Assembly: GCA_965660025.1 (NCBI GenBank)
Contig: CBFHYI010000001.1
Coordinates: 31,906 to 95,905, forward strand
Reading direction: 5' to 3'
DNA length: 64,000 bases
Source: an uncultured Ilumatobacteraceae bacterium
GTDB lineage: Bacteria > Actinomycetota > Acidimicrobiia > Acidimicrobiales > Ilumatobacteraceae
Below are positions 55,396-64,000 of this stretch, piece by piece; the first letter of the stretch is position 1, and each line of letters opens with the position of its first letter. The position numbers were made by a program, and so were the translations under genes. The notes beneath the pieces were generated by a model. It worked only from the letters and a program-made list of their open reading frames with translations. It ran no database searches and had not been told where the DNA came from.

Positions 55396-56427
55396 TCAGA
55401 TGCCGCTTCGCAGGGTCGTAAGTGCGCCGACTGCAAGCTCTTCAACCGCATCACGGAAACCGTTGAGAATCTCTTCGTCGACGTCGTCTCCCATTGCTCC
55501 ATGGAGGTACCTGGCGTACACACCTTCAGAAATGACCGCCAGCCTGAACGCCGAAAAGGCGACGTAATAGGGAATATTGCTCACATCGCGACCGGTTCGG
55601 GCCGCGTATCGCTCAACCAACTGCTGATACGAGGGAAATCCTCCAGCACCTGTTGGGTCGTTCGAGCGTTGACCATTGCCGTCGGGATCTGCCCAATACA
55701 CGCCGAGGTATCCAAGGTCAGCCAGCGGGTCACCGAGGGTGCAGAGCTCCCAGTCGAGCACTGCGGCAATACGGTTGCTATCGAGGTTGGTGAGGCAGTT
55801 TCCAAGTCGGTAATCGCCGTGAGCGATTGAAACCGAATGCTGCTGAGGAATTGATGCGGCCAACAGATGGGCAACCTCATCGATTGCGAGAAGATCTCGG
55901 GTTCGAGAATCAGCCCACTGACGCGTCCAACGTTTCACTTGTCGCTCGACATAGCCCTCACGACGAGCAAGATCCCCAAGCCCAACAGCGTCGACATCAA
56001 CCGCATGCAGATCAGCGAGAACATCGACAAGATCAAATGCAACCGCCTTGCGCTGCTCGATCGAAAGCTCGGCTCCTTTCTCAGGACTGTCGAGCACGAT
56101 GCCATCAACGAAATCCATCACATAAAACGGAGCCTGATTTACTGAATCGTCTGAGCACAATCCCAAGGTTTTCGGCACTGGCACATCGGTTGTTCCGACG
56201 GCTGAAATGATCTTGTGCTCGCGGGCCATATCGTGAGCGGTCGCAAGGACATGACCGAGAGGTGGACGGCGAAGCACAAACCGGCGCCCGTGCCGATCGG
56301 TCACCATGTAGGTGAGATTTGAACGACCGCCTTCGATGAGCGAGAAGTCGTACGGCCCCTCAATTTCTTCGATGTGCACATCGAGCCAAGCGGTTACCGG
56401 CTCGCTATCTATCCCTGGGGTCGACAT
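55396..56427 (-). CDS. aminoglycoside-phosphotransferase-fold kinase (APH family)
   Basis: 343 aa with the IAHGDYRLGNCL catalytic loop and VLDWELCTLGDPLADLG. Confidence 0.75.
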   Translation of the reverse strand: MSTPGIDSEPVTAWLDVHIEEIEGPYDFSLIEGGRSNLTYMVTDRHGRRFVLRRPPLGHVLATAHDMAREHKIISAVGTTDVPVPKTLGLCSDDSVNQAPFYVMDFVDGIVLDSPEKGAELSIEQRKAVAFDLVDVLADLHAVDVDAVGLGDLARREGYVERQVKRWTRQWADSRTRDLLAIDEVAHLLAASIPQQHSVSIAHGDYRLGNCLTNLDSNRIAAVLDWELCTLGDPLADLGYLGVYWADPDGNGQRSNDPTGAGGFPSYQQLVERYAARTGRDVSNIPYYVAFSAFRLAVISEGVYARYLHGAMGDDVDEEILNGFRDAVEELAVGALTTLRSGI

Positions 56428-56462
56428 ACCGCATGAAACTACTTCGGCACCGATGTGCTCGG

Positions 56463-57596
56463 TTAGCCGGGCCGGCCAACGTCAACGACTTTGCTCCAGT
56501 TCACACTGGTGATGCTGACGTTTTTTCCGAGGGCGGGGGCGTGCACCATCTGACCGTCACCAAGGTAAACACCAACATGGCTGATCGGGTTGTAATAAAA
56601 GATCAGGTCGCCGGCCTTAGCCTCGGTCGTGGGTACCGATGGCAGCGCATTCGACTGCAGACGAGAGTTTCTCGGCAACACCACACCTGCCTGGGCCCAT
56701 GCGTAATGGGTCAGGCCCGAACAGTCGAATGAAACTCCGGGAAGCGACGTCGCATACCGATATGGCACACCGATCTGACTGAGAGCAGCCTTTACTGCGA
56801 CCCCTGCCATCCCTGAGGGAGCCGGATAGTTCGCAATGAGATCATCGGTGGCAGAGCTCGACCCACCTCCCGCTGAAGACCCTGACCCTCCAGAGTTCCC
56901 AGCATTCGCTTCCGCCTGTAAACGCTGGTATTCAGCGAGTGCAGCCGCTGCTCTTCGCTCTTCTTCGGCGCGAATCAATGCTCCCAGTTTTTGTTCAGCA
57001 GACTTTCGCGCCGATTCGTATTGAGTAGTCGACGACTCAACTTCATCCAACATGCCGGTAATCCGAGCAGCGAGATCTTCTGATTCTTTGCGAAGCCGGT
57101 TGAGTTCAATCTGTTCGAGTTCAAGTTCGCGAATTGCCGCCTGAAGGTCATCGGTCGTACCGGCACCGACGCGAAGCGCAACTCGAGATAGCTGATCACG
57201 TGTTAAGACGTCGCTGTATGCCGCTGCATTCGACAGCAATGGGCCCAGCACATCTGAACCCGAGCGAGTAAAAGCCCGAACCGCAACGGTCGAAAGATCA
57301 CTCTGCAATTCGCCAAGTTCGGCTTGTCGGAGGGCAACTCGGCCTTTCGCGAGTTCGATGTCGTCACCGAGCAGCCGTTGTTCATCCATCGCGACTGCGT
57401 AATCCTCGATAAGGATGTCAGCCCGTTCGTGAAGGCGCTCAAGTTCATCGACAATTCGTCGAACTTCTTGCTCCTGTTGATCGACCGATTGAGCATGAGC
57501 GGCATGCGGCAATACGGGAACCACTGTCAGCACGAAAGCCGCGAGGCCGATTGCAGATCGGCGACGTTGAGGGCGAACATCGCGGGCAGAAACCAT
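56463..57596 (-). CDS. NlpC/P60 (C40) peptidoglycan endopeptidase with coiled-coil N-terminal domain (RipA-like)
   Basis: Signal peptide, a long Q/E/L-rich coiled coil, and a C-terminal FDCSGLTHYAWAQAG...HVGVYLGDGQMVHA catalytic Cys/His domain. Confidence 0.85.
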   Translation of the reverse strand: MVSARDVRPQRRRSAIGLAAFVLTVVPVLPHAAHAQSVDQQEQEVRRIVDELERLHERADILIEDYAVAMDEQRLLGDDIELAKGRVALRQAELGELQSDLSTVAVRAFTRSGSDVLGPLLSNAAAYSDVLTRDQLSRVALRVGAGTTDDLQAAIRELELEQIELNRLRKESEDLAARITGMLDEVESSTTQYESARKSAEQKLGALIRAEEERRAAAALAEYQRLQAEANAGNSGGSGSSAGGGSSSATDDLIANYPAPSGMAGVAVKAALSQIGVPYRYATSLPGVSFDCSGLTHYAWAQAGVVLPRNSRLQSNALPSVPTTEAKAGDLIFYYNPISHVGVYLGDGQMVHAPALGKNVSITSVNWSKVVDVGRPG

Positions 57597-57655
57597 GAGA
57601 TCTCAAGCGTACCGTATGTTACGAAATGATGTCGATCAGGTCGACGGCCCGGCCG

Positions 57656-59245
57656 TCACTCCCATTCGATGGTGCCGGGGGGCTTTGACGTGATGTCATA
57701 CGCCACCCGATTAATGCCCGGCACCTCGTTGATAATCCGCTGTGACATCCGCTCCAGAAGGTCATATGGGAGACGCGCCCAATCTGCGGTCATCGCATCG
57801 TCACTGGTGACCGCCCGAATGATGATCGGGTGTCCGTAGGTCCGCTCATCACCCATCACGCCAACCGATCGGATATCAGGAAGAACAGCAAACGCCTGCC
57901 AAATCTCGCGTTCGAGCCCAGCGAGCGCGATCTCTTCGCGCACAATGGCGTCAGCCTCCTGCAATACCGCCACCCGCTCGGGCGTGACTTCTCCGATAAT
58001 GCGCACGCCAAGCCCCGGGCCTGGGAAGGGCTGGCGCCACACCATTTCATCGGGAAGACCAAGTTCGGTTCCGAGTGCCCGAACTTCGTCTTTGAAGAGC
58101 TCTCGCAACGGCTCGACAAGTTCAAGGGTCATATCTTCTGGAAGACCGCCAACATTGTGATGGCTCTTAATGACCTCTGCGGTGCCGTCGACCCCTCCGC
58201 TTTCGATGAGATCTGGATACAAGGTTCCTTGAACTAGGAACTTTGCTTCCGACAAGCCTCCGGTGTGCTCTTCAAAAATACGGATGAAGAGCTCGCCAAT
58301 CGCTTTACGTTTTGCCTCGGGCTCAGATATCCCTTCGAGGCGTTCAAAAAACCGTTGCCCTGCGTCAACATGAATGAGTTCGATACCCATGTTGCGCCGG
58401 AATGTCTCGACCACCTGTTCGCTCTCGCCTTTGCGCATGAGACCGGTGTCGACGTAGACGCAGGTCAATTGAGCACCAATCGCTCGATGAACAAGTGCAG
58501 CCGCGACCGAAGAGTCAACGCCTCCAGAAAGCCCGCAAATGACCCGAGCGTCACCGACTTGTTCTTTGATGAGACCCACCTGCACATCAACAACAGACGA
58601 CATCTTCCATTCAGGGTCACAGCCAGCAAGTTGATGTAGAAACTGGCTGAGAACTGCCATGCCGTGAGGCGAGTGCACCACCTCGGGGTGGAACTGCACA
58701 CCCCAGATCTTTCGAGGGGTGCTTTCAAGCACTGCAACCGGAGCGTCAGGGGTGCTTGCGGTTGCAACGAAACCGTCCGGGACATCTGTGATGGCATCAA
58801 AGTGACTCATCCACACGTCATGAACGGTCGGCATGTCATCGGTAAGGAGATCAGATGCCCCAGTGCAGGTCATCTCCGCGCGACCGTACTCACCTCGCAT
58901 ACCTCGGCCCACTGCACCACCGAGCTGCGAGGCGATGAGTTGTGCGCCATAACAAATACCGAGAATGGGAATCCCAAGGTCATATATCGCAGGGTCAAGA
59001 GAGGGAGCGCCATCAACGTGCACGCTCTTCGGTCCACCAGAAAGAATGATTCCTGCCGGCTGTGCAGCAGCGACCTCGTCTGCAGAAATGCGATGTGGAA
59101 CGATTCGCGAATACACCTGCAATTCTCGAACGCGGCGAGCGATGAGTTGTGCGTACTGAGCCCCGAAGTCGACGACGAGAACTTCTTGACGAGTCGACGA
59201 GTCGTTTGACGGAAGGGCGGGCGTCACCCAACCGATGGTAGACAT
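57656..59245 (-). CDS. guaA: GMP synthase (glutamine-hydrolysing)
   Basis: 529 aa with GATase [10 protein letters not shown], the ATP-PPase P-loop [10 protein letters not shown], and C-terminal KPPGTIEWE. Confidence 0.95.
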   Translation of the reverse strand: MSTIGWVTPALPSNDSSTRQEVLVVDFGAQYAQLIARRVRELQVYSRIVPHRISADEVAAAQPAGIILSGGPKSVHVDGAPSLDPAIYDLGIPILGICYGAQLIASQLGGAVGRGMRGEYGRAEMTCTGASDLLTDDMPTVHDVWMSHFDAITDVPDGFVATASTPDAPVAVLESTPRKIWGVQFHPEVVHSPHGMAVLSQFLHQLAGCDPEWKMSSVVDVQVGLIKEQVGDARVICGLSGGVDSSVAAALVHRAIGAQLTCVYVDTGLMRKGESEQVVETFRRNMGIELIHVDAGQRFFERLEGISEPEAKRKAIGELFIRIFEEHTGGLSEAKFLVQGTLYPDLIESGGVDGTAEVIKSHHNVGGLPEDMTLELVEPLRELFKDEVRALGTELGLPDEMVWRQPFPGPGLGVRIIGEVTPERVAVLQEADAIVREEIALAGLEREIWQAFAVLPDIRSVGVMGDERTYGHPIIIRAVTSDDAMTADWARLPYDLLERMSQRIINEVPGINRVAYDITSKPPGTIEWE

Positions 59246-59250
59246 TCAAT

Positions 59251-59628
59251 GTGGTCATTCAACGCTCCGCACACGATCATCGTCGAGAAATTTCTCGACG
59301 TCTCGCCCTCGCTGCCGCTACTGCTATTGCCGCTATCACCTTTATCACAATGGGTACCGGGGCGGTATCAGCTGAAGACGGCACCGACATCGGTGACGCC
59401 AACACACCAACCGTGACCTACAACGACTTCATTCCTGAAGAACGTGACCTCAGCGACTGCATCAGCGCGATTCCAAAACCAGGCTGCGGAAGTGAAGCGA
59501 AAGGCGGCTGGCGCCAAATGCTCGTCTTCGGTCTCGTGATCAGCGGCGTTGGTTTCATCGGCTGGCGAATCGTTGCTGGAGCGCGAAAGAATCAACCGGT
59601 CTCGTCGCTTCAGACCGACGGCGAATAA
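59251..59628 (+). CDS. small secreted/membrane-anchored hypothetical protein
   Basis: GTG start. Signal-like RRLALAAATAIAAITFITMGTGAVSA, and a C-terminal TM helix MLVFGLVISGVGFIGWRIV. Confidence 0.5.
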   Translation: MVIQRSAHDHRREISRRLALAAATAIAAITFITMGTGAVSAEDGTDIGDANTPTVTYNDFIPEERDLSDCISAIPKPGCGSEAKGGWRQMLVFGLVISGVGFIGWRIVAGARKNQPVSSLQTDGE

Positions 59629-60215
59629 AGCCGAACGAGTAGGTCGACCAACATTCGGCCGGTTGCACCCCACACCGTTTCATCAGCCAACTCAAAGAAG
59701 TGCAGGAGTCGATCGGTGGGCGAACTCCCCCATAACTCGCCGTGATAGGTGCCAGTCGCCGTGAGTTCAGCGAGCGGTACCCACATCACCTTGTCGGCTT
59801 CCATTGTCTGTGGAGTGAGCGGCACCGGAGCATCGAGTAAGCCGACCTTTGGAATGATGTAGCTCATACTCACCACCGTGTTCACATGGGAAAGTTCACC
59901 GACGATCGTCACCAACGATGGGTGGAGACCTACCTCTTCATGAGCTTCCCGTAAGGCGGTCTGCGTGGCGGTTTCTCCTGGGTCCATCCGACCACCCGGA
60001 AACGAGATCTCACCTTTGTGTTGGCGGAGCTGCTGAGAGCGCCGTGTCAACAAGACTTCAACCCCTTGCGCACCAGGAGCGAGTGCGACAAGAACAGCAG
60101 CGTGACGAGCGCCGTCGAATGCTGGCTGAATTGGTAAACCCTCGGTATCGACAACCTCGGTTATCTGTTGTGTGGAGATGATCGCTTCAGCATCAACGTT
60201 CCAGGGCGGGCTCAT
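59610..60215 (-). CDS. Nudix hydrolase (CoA pyrophosphatase-like)
   Basis: Nudix box GGRMDPGETATQTALREAHEEVGL. The start is uncertain: ATG 60215, GTG 60218, or the ORF-track start at 60317. Confidence 0.8.
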   Translation of the reverse strand: MSPPWNVDAEAIISTQQITEVVDTEGLPIQPAFDGARHAAVLVALAPGAQGVEVLLTRRSQQLRQHKGEISFPGGRMDPGETATQTALREAHEEVGLHPSLVTIVGELSHVNTVVSMSYIIPKVGLLDAPVPLTPQTMEADKVMWVPLAELTATGTYHGELWGSSPTDRLLHFFELADETVWGATGRMLVDLLVRLYSPSV

Positions 60216-60273
60216 CACCCGATTCCACACCGTCGGACGCGGAACGACCTGCTGTCCCCCCCGAGGCGCTGGT

Positions 60274-60459
60274 TCACTCACTCGTTGAGGTTCCTGGCAC
60301 CCATCCGGATTGAACAAGTTCGTTGAGCACTTCAGCCATGCCAGCAGTCTTCAGGTTTGCAAGCACCTTGCCAGGGAGCTGCTCGCCGCGCTCCCACTCG
60401 TCCCATGCGGTCTGCAACTTGTTGAGATCAGGGGCTGGACGTTCAAATGCCATGCACAC
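60274..60459 (-). CDS. small hypothetical protein (61 aa)
   Basis: Non-overlapping ORF MCMAFERPAPDLNKLQTAWDEWERGEQLPGKVLANLKTAGMAEVLNELVQSGW, helical-looking with coding-like composition. No recognisable motif. Confidence 0.35.
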   Translation of the reverse strand: MCMAFERPAPDLNKLQTAWDEWERGEQLPGKVLANLKTAGMAEVLNELVQSGWVPGTSTSE

Positions 60460-60500
60460 ATTCTACGGACGGATTGATTGAGCGTCGCTTTCAACAGGAA

Positions 60501-60540
60501 CCGAAAAACAATGGAGCCCGGGCATATGCCCGGGCTCCAT
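60501..60540 (-). terminator. rho-independent terminator after groEL
   Basis: A perfect 30-nt palindrome ATGGAGCCCGGGCAT/ATGCCCGGGCTCCAT followed on the minus strand by TGTTTTTCGG, 26 nt after the groEL stop. Confidence 0.8.
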
Positions 60541-60565
60541 CAAACGACTCGGGGTCGTATGGGCG

Positions 60566-62209
<1,644 letters not shown>

Positions 62210-62503
62210 TCACTTCTCCACAATTGCGAGTACGTCGCGGCCCGAAAGAACGAGCAAATCATCACCATCGACGGCGACTTCAGTTCCGCCGTACTTTGAG
62301 TAAAGGACAACGTCACCAACGTTGATGCCAAGCGGAATCAATTCACCGCTGGCCTCGGCGCGCTTTCCAGGGCCTACAGCGAGAACGGTGCCCTGCTGTG
62401 GCTTTTCCTTTGCCGTATCGGGAATTACGAGTCCTGACGCGGTCTGCGTCTCGGCCTCATTCGGCTTGACGACAATGCGGTCATCGAGCGGCTGTAAATT
62501 CAT
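62210..62503 (-). CDS. groES: co-chaperonin GroES
   Basis: From ATG 62503 (GGAGG 8 nt upstream): [38 protein letters not shown]. The ORF-track extension to 62569 would run into the CIRCE operator. Confidence 0.93.
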   Translation of the reverse strand: MNLQPLDDRIVVKPNEAETQTASGLVIPDTAKEKPQQGTVLAVGPGKRAEASGELIPLGINVGDVVLYSKYGGTEVAVDGDDLLVLSGRDVLAIVEK

Positions 62504-62558
62504 GTTGCAAGCCTCCATGGCGTGAACAGGGGTTGATGTAATAGCGCCAATTACTTCG

Positions 62559-62585
62559 TTAGCACTCATAATTGACGAGTGCTAA
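62559..62585. promoter_or_regulatory. CIRCE operator (HrcA binding site), perfect consensus
   Basis: TTAGCACTC-ATAATTGAC-GAGTGCTAA exactly matches TTAGCACTC-N9-GAGTGCTAA. It lies 56 nt upstream of the groES ATG. Confidence 0.9.
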
Positions 62586-62613
62586 GGCTACGGTGCAACT
62601 GACTAATTAGCAA
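62585..62613 (-). promoter_or_regulatory. candidate sigma-A promoter of groES-groEL between the two CIRCE elements
   Basis: The minus strand reads TTGCTA-(17 nt)-TAGCCT, that is a -35-like hexamer and a TAnnnT -10. The call is by eye only. Confidence 0.45.
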
Positions 62614-62633
62614 CCGGCATTAGGGAGTGCTAA
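62607..62633. promoter_or_regulatory. second, degenerate CIRCE operator
   Basis: TTAGCAACC-GGCATTAGG-GAGTGCTAA has 2 mismatches in one arm. It overlaps the maf stop codon (62630..62632). Confidence 0.7.
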
Positions 62634-63247
62634 AGCGTTGAGCGAGCAGTTCCTGCCGCGTTCACACCAGCTTTTCGCAGTAACTCGATGGTTTCCGCAA
62701 GAGGAAGCCCAACGACATTTGACACGCTGCCCGAAATCGAGGTGACAAACGCTGCGGCCCGACTTTGAATGCCATATGCCCCGGCCTTATCGAGGGGTTC
62801 GCCGGTGCGGACATACCAGTCGATTTCGTCAGTACCTAGAGACCTAAACGTCACCGCAGTTGACACGACCACCGTGTCGACAAGGTCACCATGGGCCACA
62901 CAGACCGCAGTATGGGTGAAGTGCTCCCGACCTGACAGCGACCGCAGCATCGAGGCTGCTTCGGCGGCGTCAACCGGTTTCGCAAGAATCTCTCCATCGC
63001 GATCAACTGTCGTATCGGCGGCCAGAACGACCGCACTCGGATACGACTCGCGCACCGTCTGTGCCTTCAACGTGGCGACACGAGCGACATAGGCCTTGGC
63101 ATCTTCACCGACCATCGACGATTCGTCAACGTCAGCTGGCACCACTATGAAGTCAACATCAAGATCGCTCAACAGTGATTTCCGGCGCGGTGAACCCGAC
63201 GCAAGAACAAGTTCAGCCACCCGAAATCGCCATCTCTTGGGCGTCAT
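62630..63247 (-). CDS. maf: Maf-family nucleoside triphosphate pyrophosphatase
   Basis: LVLASGSPRRKSLLSDL...LAADTVV...DKAGAYGIQ motifs. The start is uncertain (ATG 63247 or GTG 63220). It overlaps the end of the upstream dus gene. Confidence 0.85.
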   Translation of the reverse strand: MTPKRWRFRVAELVLASGSPRRKSLLSDLDVDFIVVPADVDESSMVGEDAKAYVARVATLKAQTVRESYPSAVVLAADTTVDRDGEILAKPVDAAEAASMLRSLSGREHFTHTAVCVAHGDLVDTVVVSTAVTFRSLGTDEIDWYVRTGEPLDKAGAYGIQSRAAAFVTSISGSVSNVVGLPLAETIELLRKAGVNAAGTARSTL

Positions 63248-64000
63248 CAGGAATCGTCATATCGCTATCTGCATCGTCAGCGGTGAGAAAGCCCTCGGGC
63301 AACGCAACTTTGATGGGGCCATTCGTGTGACCGCGTCGAATCCGCGCCCCTCCCTCAACGATCTGGGCTGACCGGTCGAGTTCAGCGAGCAACTGCTCGA
63401 GCTCAGCAATGGTCGCCACCATCGAAAAGCGACGCCGCACCTCAGGGCCAACCGGATACCCGGTGAGATACCACGAGGCATGCTTGCGAAAATCTCGCAT
63501 CGCGAAATTCTCACCATCGAGCCGCTTGCCCTTCTTCATCACCACATCGGCCGAATAATGATCAACAAGGGCTCGGGCATGCGACAGCATTCCATCGGCA
63601 ACCTCACCGAGTGTGCGAGGCGCTGGAACCTCTCGGCCTACAAATGCATCGACCAAATCAGAGAACAGCCACGGCCGACCGAGGCATCCACGGCCGATTA
63701 CCACCCCATCGCACCCGGTCTGATTCATCATGTCGAGCGCATCTTGAGCTTCCCAAATGTCGCCATTGCCCAACACTGGAATGTTGTGGCCGGCGTCGAC
63801 AACAAGCTGTTTGAGTTGCGTGATCGCGCCCCACCTTGCATCACCTGAATAGTGCTGCTCAACGGTTCGCGCGTGCATTGCTACCCACGCAGCTCCCTCG
63901 TCGGCACAAATCAGCGCAGCGTCTCGATCGGTTCGAAAGGCGTCGTCGAGACCCATCCTGAACTTCGCCGTCACCGGAATACCAAACGGTTCGGCGGCTT
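63213..64000 (-). CDS. dus: tRNA-dihydrouridine synthase, C-terminal part (start lies beyond the right edge)
   Basis: The frame stays open to the window end (…PFGIPVTAKFRMG). MHARTVEQHYSGDARW, VLGNGDI and DGVVIGRGCLGRPWLF are typical Dus motifs. Confidence 0.85.
   Translation of the reverse strand, partial: AAEPFGIPVTAKFRMGLDDAFRTDRDAALICADEGAAWVAMHARTVEQHYSGDARWGAITQLKQLVVDAGHNIPVLGNGDIWEAQDALDMMNQTGCDGVVIGRGCLGRPWLFSDLVDAFVGREVPAPRTLGEVADGMLSHARALVDHYSADVVMKKGKRLDGENFAMRDFRKHASWYLTGYPVGPEVRRRFSMVATIAELEQLLAELDRSAQIVEGGARIRRGHTNGPIKVALPEGFLTADDADSDMTIPDDAQEMAISGG

Noticed and set aside
57597-57655. Possible cyclic-di-AMP (ydaO-type) riboswitch upstream of the NlpC/P60 hydrolase, as seen for some actinobacterial cell-wall hydrolases
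   Set aside because: Only 59 nt separate it from guaA, which is far too short for that RNA.
62504-62569. 22-codon N-terminal extension of groES
   Set aside because: It runs into the CIRCE operator. The ATG at 62503 has a GGAGG Shine-Dalgarno sequence and gives the canonical GroES N-terminus.

Overview
This is a densely packed chromosomal segment of actinobacterial type, with G+C in the mid-50s % by eye. I call about 62 CDS. I saw no rRNA, tRNA, CRISPR array, integrase or IS element. All product calls rest on motifs I recognised in the translations; no similarity search was possible.

Left to right the window holds:
- sdhCAB, then an HxlR regulator divergent from fbiC (F420 FO synthase), then the membrane pyrophosphatase hppA.
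- Several conserved hypotheticals, a DeoD-type PNP, mdh, and an OafA-like acyltransferase.
- A minus-strand string of B12-binding domain, sucC, sucD and purH.
- pcrA, then a response regulator / histidine kinase pair followed by a secreted tandem-repeat protein.
- A CLC channel with fluoride-type motifs, a P450-ferredoxin pair, DedA and a nitroreductase.
- A stand-alone MftD-like FMN oxidase, an SDR, a thioesterase, an MFS transporter and rmuC.
- An acyl-CoA cluster: EthD, an acyl-CoA ligase, two ACADs and an HpaB-like enzyme.
- A methyltransferase with atypical composition, divergent cysS/valS, and an LCP protein.
- A VWA / AAA+ / Zn-ADH operon divergent from mftA-mftB-mftC-plsY.
- A copZ-copA-kinase-like operon, an APH-like kinase, an NlpC/P60 hydrolase, guaA, a Nudix hydrolase, groES-groEL with tandem CIRCE operators, maf and dus.

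The most interesting signals are:
- A mycofactocin system that is split and stripped down. The 41-aa MftA precursor is absent from the ORF track. mftC is coupled by an ATGA overlap to plsY. An MftD-like gene sits 19.5 kb away. No MftE, MftF or MftR is visible.
- A nicotinoprotein-type ADH in an apparent operon with a MoxR/NorQ-like ATPase and a VWA partner.
- A kinase-fold ORF translationally coupled to copA.
- A two-component system with a CpxP/ZraP-like secreted repeat protein.
- A CLC-F-type channel with no room for a fluoride riboswitch.
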